42,560 nucleotides of DNA, from positions 1 to 42,560 of IMG/VR virus record IMGVR_UViG_3300030330_000262. One strand, 5' to 3'. The DNA comes from a virus (Duplodnaviria > Caudoviricetes). Under the pieces are notes generated by a model that saw only the letters and a program-made list of their open reading frames with translations, had not been told where the DNA came from and made no database searches. Numbering within the stretch: the stretch's first letter is position 1; each line of letters opens with the position of its first letter. The position numbers were made by a program, and so were the translations under genes. This document shows positions 29,104 through 37,281 of the stretch, in pieces.

Positions 29104-32054
29104 ACGAAGCTCAAGAATTTTTAATTTTAAAAGCAATTCAACAAAATTTGTTGACTGATAGAGAGAAAGATATCGCTGCAAAAGCTTTGTCTGGTAGTGA
29201 TATAGATGCACAAAGATTGACCTCTTCTCTGGTAGCTAGACAACAAGCTGGTTATAGCCCTAATACTAATTTTGGTTCTGCTTTTGAATTATCCTCCAGC
29301 GAAGATGAAAACTTTGATTATGAGTCAGGGGCTGATTCTGGTCTTCGCGCTCTTATGTCCTTTGGGGAAACGGCTGGTGAGCGTGAGGGTATATTAAAAG
29401 ATATCGTTGGAGAAGACGGATACATAAGAGATTCTCAAGGAAGACTTGCGCTGACAGAGGCAGGGCAACGTGCTAGAGGAATGGAGCCAATTGGCAAAAA
29501 TCTTGTTATTGAAGATAAAGGATTTTCTTTGGGTGATTTTGCTGATTTAGCTGGTATTGTGCCTGAAACAGTTGGTGCAATCGTAGGCGGTATCTTAGGT
29601 GCGCCAGGACTCGTCACTGGAGCTGTTGGAGCGGGAGTTGGCGCGGCTTTAGGGCAGACGGTGGAAGAAGGCATAGAAAGTTTATTAGGAGTTCAGCAAC
29701 AGACCGCTGGTGAAGTTGCGGCTGACGCTGCAAAAGAAGCTGCATTAGCTGCTGGTTTAGACTATTTAACTGTTGGAACATTTAGATTGGGCAGAGCTGT
29801 TGTTGGTGGTGCCGCATCCAAAGTTGGCGCTAGGGCAGGCGACCCAGTTGCCCCAGAAATGGGCAAAGAGCTTGTTGATAGAGGCTTTAGGCCTAGCTTA
29901 GAGGCGTTGGGTGCGCCCACTCTTTTAGCTAAAGGTGTTAAGTTCGCAAAAGGCGCAACTGGAGATACATCAGATATATTTAGAAATACTGAACTAGCTT
30001 TAGCAGAGAAAAAAGTTTTACTAGAAGAGTTGCAAGCAGCTACACTAGAAAATGCGGGTAAGGCTTTTGAGGATGTTACCAGTGCTAAGTTTAAACAACT
30101 TGAGAAACAGCTAAACTTAGCTCAACGAAAATCATTAGAAGCTGTAGAAAGTAGCTTGGCTCTTGTTGGCAAGTCACTTGATGAAGGTTTTGATATAAAC
30201 CCTGAAGCCCTTAGCGCAATTACCAGAGCGTTTGATTCATTCAACACAGATGCAGTTAGCCGTTTTGAAGTTATGGATAAGCTTCTCGCAAAGCTTGATA
30301 TAGACCCAACTGCCGCAGGGTTAAAAATTGATGGCGGTAGAATAAAGCCTATTGATTTAAGTCCTGAGTCAGCAATTAAAGGTGTAATAAATGACATTAT
30401 TGAAGGCGGGGCTGGCACAAGAACATTGTTAGATCCAAATGTTGCCAGAGTTATAAAAGGTCTTGAGGACTTAGGTGAAGCTGCTACATTTGGCAACATA
30501 TCAGCTCAAAGAAAGCTTATAAACGACATTCTGTTTAGTAATGGAGGGCAAGACGGTCTTAGTACTCTTGGACGAAAAGACCTGTTTAAGATTAGAGAGG
30601 CATTGGACAATGCTTTAAGCGCAGACCAACTTCTTCGTGTAAAAGGTCTGGCTCCAGGTCAAAACAAACAGTTAGCAAAAATAGGCAGATTAAGAAAAGA
30701 AGCCATAGATAATTATAGAGATGGTTTAAAAAGATTTGACGAGTTAGAGCGTTTTGGTGTGATTAAAGATATCCGTGACGCAACAAAAAACCCACAACTG
30801 TATGCTGACCAATTCTTTAACAAAATATTAAGACCAAACTCACCAGAGCGGCTAAAGGCAACTTTAAAGGCAGTTGATAACCCAGAAGAGTTACGTCAGG
30901 CATTAGCTCGTTCATACGCTGATAATGCTATGTTTAAGACGGGCATAGACTTAGATAACCCAGCTAAATTTAGTGGGATTAGGTTCTATAACGAAATAGA
31001 AAAACTTGGCAGCACTGGCAAGGTTTTGTTTGGAAACGAATGGCCTGCTGTAAGGCAACTTGCTAAAACGATAGCTAAGATATCTCCAGATGACATGCCT
31101 GCCGAAGCAATAGAATCGATTATGAGACAAAACCTTGATAGAGGTATTGTTGATTCTATGCGTGAGCTTTCTGAAGCGTCAAAGGCATTAAATGAAGCAT
31201 CCTCTTTAAGCTTTATAAAAAAGTACAACAACGGCAGTTTAACTCCAGAAGAAGCTGTAACTGAACTTTTAAAGCCAACAAACAAGGTTGCTGATTGGAA
31301 AAAGATAGAAGCGTTTTATGGTAAAAACTCACCAGAACTCGCTAAAATAAAAACAAACCTTATCGAAAGAATTTTAAACAAAGTTGATGGAAACGTATTT
31401 ACTTCTCCTAATGCAGCGGCTGAAATGCGTAGAACTATAGACCAATACGACAAAGACTTGTTGCAAACAATTATTGGTAAAGAAGCTTATGACAAATTAA
31501 TAAAGTTTTCTGATGAAATGATTTATTTAGGTGATGTTGGCACCGAGGGTTCTATAGCTGCTGGTGCGGTTTTTGCTCAAGTCTCAACAAGCCCTGTAGC
31601 CGCAGTTCGCAGAGATTTACGACACAAAGCTATGGCTAAAGTTTTCTCTAACCCAACAGTTATAAATTATTATGCGGGCAAGGGCGTAAATAATGCTAGT
31701 AAGAATGTTAATGGCGTTGCAAATGCGGTTGCTACTGCGGCGGGTATAACTGCAAGGGGTGTTGCTGTCGCAAGACAAGGTGGCGTTAGGGCCGCTATGG
31801 AAGAGGGGGACCAACAAGTACAAAGATTTGAGGCACGCGAAGCTGCACGCATGAACTCCCCGCAGCTCACAGAACCGAACAAAAGTTCGTCTTTGGCTGC
31901 TACAAGTCCGATAACACCAGGGCCAGCACAATTTTACGGAATACCACAGCAGGCTTCACAGCCTAGCATCAGACAACAGGCCGCTGCCAACCCTGGCATA
32001 GCACAGGCGTTAGGCATTCGCGGCCCAACAGCAGGATTATTAAATAAGCCATGA
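29100..32054 (+). CDS. Large internal virion/ejection protein
   Basis: 984 aa, helical, Gly/Ala hydrophobic segment; last gene of the structural block. Confidence 0.65.
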   Translation: MNEAQEFLILKAIQQNLLTDREKDIAAKALSGSDIDAQRLTSSLVARQQAGYSPNTNFGSAFELSSSEDENFDYESGADSGLRALMSFGETAGEREGILKDIVGEDGYIRDSQGRLALTEAGQRARGMEPIGKNLVIEDKGFSLGDFADLAGIVPETVGAIVGGILGAPGLVTGAVGAGVGAALGQTVEEGIESLLGVQQQTAGEVAADAAKEAALAAGLDYLTVGTFRLGRAVVGGAASKVGARAGDPVAPEMGKELVDRGFRPSLEALGAPTLLAKGVKFAKGATGDTSDIFRNTELALAEKKVLLEELQAATLENAGKAFEDVTSAKFKQLEKQLNLAQRKSLEAVESSLALVGKSLDEGFDINPEALSAITRAFDSFNTDAVSRFEVMDKLLAKLDIDPTAAGLKIDGGRIKPIDLSPESAIKGVINDIIEGGAGTRTLLDPNVARVIKGLEDLGEAATFGNISAQRKLINDILFSNGGQDGLSTLGRKDLFKIREALDNALSADQLLRVKGLAPGQNKQLAKIGRLRKEAIDNYRDGLKRFDELERFGVIKDIRDATKNPQLYADQFFNKILRPNSPERLKATLKAVDNPEELRQALARSYADNAMFKTGIDLDNPAKFSGIRFYNEIEKLGSTGKVLFGNEWPAVRQLAKTIAKISPDDMPAEAIESIMRQNLDRGIVDSMRELSEASKALNEASSLSFIKKYNNGSLTPEEAVTELLKPTNKVADWKKIEAFYGKNSPELAKIKTNLIERILNKVDGNVFTSPNAAAEMRRTIDQYDKDLLQTIIGKEAYDKLIKFSDEMIYLGDVGTEGSIAAGAVFAQVSTSPVAAVRRDLRHKAMAKVFSNPTVINYYAGKGVNNASKNVNGVANAVATAAGITARGVAVARQGGVRAAMEEGDQQVQRFEAREAARMNSPQLTEPNKSSSLAATSPITPGPAQFYGIPQQASQPSIRQQAAANPGIAQALGIRGPTAGLLNKP

Positions 32055-32497
32055 ACAAAGATAGATTATGTGAAGAGATAGCCGAAGACGAAGGCTGTAA
32101 ATACGAGATTTATTTGGACCATCTTGGTCTGCCAACTTTCGGAATTGGTGCGCTGATTAAACAGGGCGATCCCGAATATGGCAAGCCTGTAGGCACTGTC
32201 ATAGAACAAGAGCGTGTTCAACAAAGGTTTCATTTGGATATGGCTGTAACTCTTGATGAGTGTAAGGTTTTGTATCCAGACTTCGATGACCTACCAGAAG
32301 AGTGCCAACATATCATTGCAAACATGATGTTTAACATGGGTCGGCCTCGATTGAGTAAATTTAAGGGCATGAAAGCTGGCGTTGATGCCAGAGATTGGAA
32401 CAAGGCCGCAGACGAGATGGTTGACTCAAAGTGGTACACACAAGTACCGAATCGCGCACGGCGCTTGGTAGACCGCATGAGAGCGTTAGCTGATTAA
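32051..32497 (+). CDS. Phage lysozyme (GH24, T4-type)
   Basis: EDEGCKYEIYLDHLGLPTFGIG catalytic E-D-T motif; NMMFNMG; AADEMVDSKWYTQVPNRA. Confidence 0.88.
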   Translation: MNKDRLCEEIAEDEGCKYEIYLDHLGLPTFGIGALIKQGDPEYGKPVGTVIEQERVQQRFHLDMAVTLDECKVLYPDFDDLPEECQHIIANMMFNMGRPRLSKFKGMKAGVDARDWNKAADEMVDSKWYTQVPNRARRLVDRMRALAD

Positions 32498-32499
32498 CT

Positions 32500-32703
32500 T
32501 TATTTTAAGGAACCAGCTTCATCAGTTGAATCAAAGCTACATGAAGCTGTCTCTCCTTGACAGCATTCCTCTATAACAAGGTGACAGACAGCGCATTGCA
32601 CATGACCATGTACTTCAATAGGCTGCATCTGTGTCTGACATCGAGGGCATAAGCCATCGCGTATGTTTTTCTGCATTGATCCGTCACCCATAGAAATGTT
32701 CAT
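32500..32703 (-). CDS. Small Zn-finger protein
   Basis: CPRC...VHGHVQCAVC...CC. Confidence 0.7.
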   Translation of the reverse strand: MNISMGDGSMQKNIRDGLCPRCQTQMQPIEVHGHVQCAVCHLVIEECCQGETASCSFDSTDEAGSLK

Positions 32704-32813
32704 TTCTTTTTATTCTTGCTGCCTTTAGGTCTACCTCTACCGCGCTTTTTCTTTTTGGGCTTTTCTTCTTGAATGCAATTTGGGAAGAACGCTCTTAAAA
32801 ATTTAGCAAACAT
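32700..32813 (-). CDS. 37-aa AT-hook peptide (not in the ORF track)
   Basis: AAGGAG RBS; MFAKFLRAFFPNCIQEEKPKKKKRGRGRPKGSKNKKK; ATGA-coupled to the Zn-finger ORF. Confidence 0.7.
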   Translation of the reverse strand: MFAKFLRAFFPNCIQEEKPKKKKRGRGRPKGSKNKKK

Positions 32814-32826
32814 TATAATCTCCTTA

Positions 32827-33408
32827 TTATATCCATTGAATGCTAGGTTGGTCTACGTCTTTTTTAAACCTGTTTATTTTCCAAACAAACCATGCCATAG
32901 CTGTCTTACCGCTACCATACCAAGCTGATTCGTGGTCGCCTCTAATTAAAGTTAGTCTTTTGGTATGGACCAGAACAGTGTCTGGTGGCGTGTGTTGAAA
33001 AATCTCCTCATATCTTTTCTGACCTTCGAGAAAAGCTAGACGAAGTAGAAAAATAAATCCCTCTCCATCTTTGCTTTGTTCTTGCAGTTTATACGCATGT
33101 TTAACAAATTCATTTGCCAACTTGTACGGGGGGTTGGTCACAATCCACGGCGCTAAACTCTTTTGCTCCATTAGAAAGTCTATGTTGCGTAAATCACCAT
33201 AGCCACGGTCCACAAGATCAGTGCTGTATGTTTTTATACTATGATCTTTTAAAACCTCTGATATATGCCCCTCACCACAAGCAGGCTCCCATACATCATA
33301 CGATGTTTGATTATTATTGCATAACAACCACGGGCAGCAATCAATCATCTTCTTGGTTGCGTCAGGCGGGGTTGGATAATAATCGTCTTTTTCTCTGCTG
33401 CTATCCAA
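32827..33408 (-). CDS. DNA amino-methyltransferase (probably N6-adenine)
   Basis: DYYPTP, VWEPACGEG (motif I), IVTNPPY (motif IV), LLRLAFLE. Confidence 0.85.
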   Translation of the reverse strand: MDSSREKDDYYPTPPDATKKMIDCCPWLLCNNNQTSYDVWEPACGEGHISEVLKDHSIKTYSTDLVDRGYGDLRNIDFLMEQKSLAPWIVTNPPYKLANEFVKHAYKLQEQSKDGEGFIFLLRLAFLEGQKRYEEIFQHTPPDTVLVHTKRLTLIRGDHESAWYGSGKTAMAWFVWKINRFKKDVDQPSIQWI

Positions 33409-33586
33409 CTGAACCTATGCCCAAAGAATCATTGTTTTTAAATGTGTCACGGTATTCCCTGTTAACCATTCTTTTTATTTGCTGGCTAATATTTCTATCT
33501 TCTTCTTCGCAAATTTTGCGAAGTTTATTGTATGTGTTAAGGTCTATACCTACCGATTTCCACTGTTTATTATTTTCTTTTTCCAT
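33401..33586 (-). CDS. Ribbon-helix-helix transcription regulator
   Basis: WKSVGID...YNKLRKICEEEDRNISQQI: beta-alpha-alpha Arc/CopG pattern. Confidence 0.65.
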   Translation of the reverse strand: MEKENNKQWKSVGIDLNTYNKLRKICEEEDRNISQQIKRMVNREYRDTFKNNDSLGIGSVG

Positions 33587-33603
33587 ATGAAAGACACCAT
33601 AAA

Positions 33604-33957
33604 ATGCCAAGGTTTAACAAGTTCTATCATAAGAATAAATTTAATGCAAAAAAAACAGAGTGTCTTGGTATTATGTTTGATAGTAAGTGGGAAGCAGAGC
33701 GATATGGACAATTGGTCATGTTGCAAAGAGCGAATCAAATTCGTGATTTAGTTACGCAGGTTAAGTTTGATATTAAAATAAATAATGAAAAAATCTGCAC
33801 ATATATAGCTGATTTCACTTACTACGAAAAAAATAAAGACGGTGTTGAAGAATTTGTCGTTGAGGACGCAAAAGGGCTGGAAACTGCGGTTTTTCGCCTA
33901 AAAAAGAAATTGATGAAAGCTGTAAATAACATAGAAATAAAGATTTCTAAAAAATAA
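33604..33957 (+). CDS. DUF1064-family PD-(D/E)XK nuclease-like protein
   Basis: NKFNAKK...FDSKWEA.RY...YIADFTY...VVEDAKG...FRLKKKLM. Confidence 0.8.
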   Translation: MPRFNKFYHKNKFNAKKTECLGIMFDSKWEAERYGQLVMLQRANQIRDLVTQVKFDIKINNEKICTYIADFTYYEKNKDGVEEFVVEDAKGLETAVFRLKKKLMKAVNNIEIKISKK

Positions 33958-33960
33958 AGC

Positions 33961-33989
33961 TTGCAATTGTGAAAAACTTTTCCCATATT
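33961..33989 (+). promoter_or_regulatory. Putative sigma70 promoter
   Basis: TTGCAA-N17-CATATT upstream of the replication block. Confidence 0.45.
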
Positions 33990-34020
33990 AGTCTTAACGA
34001 CATTTTTGAAGGAGTCTAGT

Positions 34021-34458
34021 ATGACTGATATCGAATCAGTGCGTGAGTCTGATCTGTCTGAACTTTATGTTTTAAAAAAGCAGCTTGAGCAGACAATCTC
34101 TGACGCACAACAAAAAGTTAAAATTATTAAAGATGTTCTTGAGTCCAGGTATCTTGAGAGGGCGCAAAATAAATTGCGTCAAGATGGCAAGGACTTTGGT
34201 AGCGTGGTTTTGCAGGACAAAGATTTTAGGATTAAAATCAACATTCGTAAGAAGGTTGAGTGGGATCCTGATAAAACTATCAGCGTTCTAAACAACATGG
34301 ACGAAGATACTGCAAGGCACTACGCCACAGTTAAGTACACAATTCCTGAAGCTAAGTTTAACAATGCTCCGCCTGATATTAAGGCAGTGCTGAGTGAAGC
34401 TAGAACCGTGCATCTGCAAGGTATTAGCGTTGATTTGGAAAGGGAAGAAGATGCTTAA
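34021..34458 (+). CDS. Conserved hypothetical protein of the recombination module
   Basis: AAGGAG RBS before the ATG at 34021; GKDFG and KKVEWD motifs. Confidence 0.75.
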   Translation: MTDIESVRESDLSELYVLKKQLEQTISDAQQKVKIIKDVLESRYLERAQNKLRQDGKDFGSVVLQDKDFRIKINIRKKVEWDPDKTISVLNNMDEDTARHYATVKYTIPEAKFNNAPPDIKAVLSEARTVHLQGISVDLEREEDA

Positions 34459-35311
34459 CATTATCACCGCTGAACAAAGATTGAACGAAAAGAAGGGCCA
34501 TAAGCTTGTGGTTTGTGGCCCCTCTGGGGTGGGCAAGACTTCTCTTGCCCGAACCCTTGACCCCTCTAAAACATTGTTTATGGATTTAGAGGCTGGTGAT
34601 GCTGCTATCGAGGGCGTGGCTATTGATGTCATTCGCCCACGAACATGGCAAGAGTGCCGTGATTTCGCAGTTTTTCTTGGTGGGCCTAATCCTTCTTTAG
34701 GTGAAGAGGCTACATACAGCCAAGCGCATTATGAATATGTTGTGCAGACTTATGGGGATCCCTCAGAGGTTCTGTCTAAGTATGATACCTTATTCGTTGA
34801 TTCGATTACGGTTGCTGGACGTTTGTGTTTTACATATTGCACTAATCAACCTGAGTGTAAATCAGATCGCACTGGTAAGTTAGATACCAGAGCGGCGTAT
34901 GGTATGCAGGGTAGAGAGATGATGGGCTGGCTATCACATTTACAACATATCAGAGACAAGAATGTCGTATTCGTTGGCATTCTTGACGAAAGAGTTGATG
35001 ATTACGGGCGGCAGATTTATGAACTACAGATTGAAGGTTCAAAGACAGGCCGTGAACTACCTGGAATCGTTGATGAAGTTATTACGATGGCTGTCATGTC
35101 TAGTGACAATGGAAGCCCGTATAGAGCCTTTGTATGTCAAACGCTAAACCAGTGGGGCTATCCTGCCAAGGATAGGTCTGGTAGGCTCGATCTCCTAGAA
35201 GAACCACACCTTGGTAGACTTCTAGAAAAAATGTCAGGGGGTGAGCCACAGGCAGAACGCCCGATGAATTTTGTAAACCCAAATGAAGTAGAGGACGAAA
35301 CCAATGCTTAA
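34451..35311 (+). CDS. Sak4-like AAA_24 ATPase (ssDNA annealing)
   Basis: Walker A GPSGVGKT, Walker B LFVDSIT, YPAKDRSGRL. Confidence 0.8.
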   Translation: MLNIITAEQRLNEKKGHKLVVCGPSGVGKTSLARTLDPSKTLFMDLEAGDAAIEGVAIDVIRPRTWQECRDFAVFLGGPNPSLGEEATYSQAHYEYVVQTYGDPSEVLSKYDTLFVDSITVAGRLCFTYCTNQPECKSDRTGKLDTRAAYGMQGREMMGWLSHLQHIRDKNVVFVGILDERVDDYGRQIYELQIEGSKTGRELPGIVDEVITMAVMSSDNGSPYRAFVCQTLNQWGYPAKDRSGRLDLLEEPHLGRLLEKMSGGEPQAERPMNFVNPNEVEDETNA

Positions 35312-35969
35312 TCTAAATGAAATCCCTGTGTCTGAATCAAGCAATGAACCATTGCCGTTGATTCCAGATGGCACGATTGTTCGTGGTGTTTTAATGTTTG
35401 AAGGGGGTGATCATATCAAACCTGAATTTTCTCAAAGCGCCATGTTTTTTAAAAAATCCCAAAGCACTAGTGCTGAATGGATGCCTATCGCAATGACCAT
35501 TGTTGGTGGTGAGTATGATAGGCGTAAAGTCTGGCAGAATATTTTTGTTCATGGCGATGCCATTGATGAGAAAACTGGTGTGTCAAAAGCAAGGCTTATT
35601 GGGCTGAATACAATTCGTGATATTGTAAACAGCGCACATGGCTTGGATGCAAATGACATGTCACCAGAGGCGCAAGCTAAACGTCAGATCAATGGCGTTG
35701 AAGATTTACAGGGCATGGAAGTGTGTTTTGTAGTTGGTATTGAGAAGTCTAATGATCCTCAATATAAAGACAAAAACCGTGTTAAGTCTTTCTTGCCAGC
35801 AAATAGCCCATCCTTTATTCCGCCAAATGCTTCTGGCGGGGCTTTAGGAGCGCCTACAGCGGCTCCTATGCCTCCAAAGGTTCAACAGGCTATGAACGCA
35901 CAGATGCCTCCTGCAACGGCTCAAAACGCCAGCAATGCGGGTATCACGCCAGCTTGGGCAAAAAGTTAA
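35304..35969 (+). CDS. Putative single-stranded DNA-binding protein
   Basis: Follows Sak4; LIPDGT, GEYDRRKVW and KNRVK motifs; Pro/Ala-rich tail ending PAWAKS. Confidence 0.65.
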   Translation: MLNLNEIPVSESSNEPLPLIPDGTIVRGVLMFEGGDHIKPEFSQSAMFFKKSQSTSAEWMPIAMTIVGGEYDRRKVWQNIFVHGDAIDEKTGVSKARLIGLNTIRDIVNSAHGLDANDMSPEAQAKRQINGVEDLQGMEVCFVVGIEKSNDPQYKDKNRVKSFLPANSPSFIPPNASGGALGAPTAAPMPPKVQQAMNAQMPPATAQNASNAGITPAWAKS

Positions 35970-35975
35970 CTTTAA

Positions 35976-36047
35976 TGGCGTACTAACGGCATCTCCTTCA
36001 TGAGTCGTTAGCTGGTTTGGGTGGCACCAGTGCCGTAAAGCCACCCA
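35976..36047 (+). ncRNA. Candidate structured RNA / pseudoknot in the SSB-RAMP intergenic region
   Basis: Stems CTAACGGC(35983-90)/GTCGTTAG(36004-11) and TGGGTGGC(36018-25)/GCCACCCA(36040-47); CTGGT(36012-16) can pair with ACCAG(36026-30). Confidence 0.45.
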
Positions 36048-36080
36048 CCTTAAATTTTACAGAAATACTGGAGGGTAAAA

Positions 36081-36839
36081 ATGGCTGTAAAGAAAACAAA
36101 TGATTCAATTAGCATTCCTGTGATCAAGCAGGGTACGATTAAATTACGTTTGATTGGTCAAACGCCAATGTACTTTAATAGTATGTCGTCTAAAGCTAAG
36201 AGAGACTTACTCGTTGGCGCAGGTCGTAAGACTGCGGCTGAGAAAAAAGAGATCAAGCATAATCCAGAGCAAGAGTTTATTGACTCTATGCACACGCAAA
36301 TGAAGGGCGATACTTTACTGTGTTTCCCAGCGGCTGGTGTAAAAGGTGCAATGGCTACTGCTGCGCTTGAAACTGCTGGTGTAAATAAAACTAGCGTAAA
36401 TAGACTAATCTTCTTACCGCAAACCAATATTAATATTTGGGGTAAGCCGTACCTTAAAATTGACGTGGTTCGCTCTGCTGATATGAACCGCACACCAGAT
36501 ATGCGTACTCGCGCTTATCTTCCTAATTGGTGTGCGGAAGTAGAGATTAGGTTTGCTACGCCTAACTTTAGTGCGATGTCTATTTCGTCTTTGGTGCAGA
36601 ACGCTGGTCAGTTAGTTGGGCTGGGTGATTTCCGCCAAGAAAAAGGCAGAGGTTCTTTTGGTACGTTCACCATTACAGGATCTGAAGACCTTGGTGATCA
36701 TAAAGACTTCTGGGATGAAATGATGGAGGAAGGTCGCGCAGTGCAAGAATTGTCGCGAGATAATCCAGAATGTGCTGATGAAGAAACAGCAGAACTGATG
36801 CAGTTCTTGCAAGAAGAGCGGTTGCGGAGGGCTGCTTAA
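36081..36839 (+). CDS. Stand-alone Cas7/RAMP-like protein; putative effector of an RNA-guided system
   Basis: N-terminal strand IKLRLIGQTPM; LCFPAAGVKGAM (cf. RAMP IPGSSxKG); C-terminal Gly-rich loop VGLGDFRQEKGRGSFGTF; GGAGG RBS. Confidence 0.75.
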   Translation: MAVKKTNDSISIPVIKQGTIKLRLIGQTPMYFNSMSSKAKRDLLVGAGRKTAAEKKEIKHNPEQEFIDSMHTQMKGDTLLCFPAAGVKGAMATAALETAGVNKTSVNRLIFLPQTNINIWGKPYLKIDVVRSADMNRTPDMRTRAYLPNWCAEVEIRFATPNFSAMSISSLVQNAGQLVGLGDFRQEKGRGSFGTFTITGSEDLGDHKDFWDEMMEEGRAVQELSRDNPECADEETAELMQFLQEERLRRAA

Positions 36840-36846
36840 ACTATTA

Positions 36847-36866
36847 GGCGGGGGTTTCCCCCCGCC
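36847..36866 (+). promoter_or_regulatory. GC hairpin at the 5' end of the array
   Basis: Perfect 8-bp stem GGCGGGGG-TTTC-CCCCCGCC; no U-tract. Confidence 0.6.
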
Positions 36867-36872
36867 ACGGGT

Positions 36873-37260
36873 TGCGGTTATCTATGGATAGGTCTGGCAT
36901 GTCGAGGCGGTTATGGAGAGGCATGGCACGAAAAGTCATGTTTCTTTGTGGTAAGTCTAGGCGGTTGAGTCATGTTGCGTTTCGGTTGGGTCTCGTAAGG
37001 TTCGGTTGGGTAAGTTCTGGCGGTTAAGGCTGGATAGGCAAGGCGGGGTAGGGTCCGTCACGGCACGGCTAGGCGCAGTCAGGTTGGGCTGGGCGAGGCG
37101 GTTGAGTTGAGTTTTGTTATGCCGAGATGCGGCTTGGTGGGTTTAGGCGGTTTTGGTCTGATATGGTCTGTCGCGCTAGGGTTAGGACGGGCTTGGTACG
37201 GCACGGCGGTTTCGGTATGTTCAGGTCTGGTAGGGTTACATGGGGTTGGGCATGGCGGTT
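36873..37260 (+). ncRNA. Non-coding array of GGCGGTT-delimited units made of G(G/T)Y-NN pentamers (putative guide RNAs)
   Basis: GGCGGTT at 36906, 36960, 37019, 37097, 37146, 37205 and 37254 (TGCGGTT at 36873); spacings 33, 54, 59, 78, 49, 59, 49; 5-nt periodicity inside units. Confidence 0.8.
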
Positions 37261-37281
37261 AATTTTTAAAAGGAGAATGTA

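Noticed and set aside
29100-32054. Tape measure protein
   Set aside because: No tail tube or sheath genes are recognisable; the context (hub plus ejection proteins) indicates a short-tailed virion.
62-32478. Numerous minus-strand and alternate-frame ORFs in the track
   Set aside because: They are antisense or out-of-frame shadows of well-supported, translationally coupled + strand genes.
36873-37260. Canonical CRISPR array
   Set aside because: The conserved repeat is only 7 nt, unit lengths vary in 5-nt steps, the intervening sequence is itself periodic, and no cas1/cas2/cas6 is present.
36873-37260. Simple microsatellite or G-quadruplex
   Set aside because: Positions 4-5 of each pentamer are free while positions 1-3 are constrained, and many modules are GTY rather than GG, which fits neither model.
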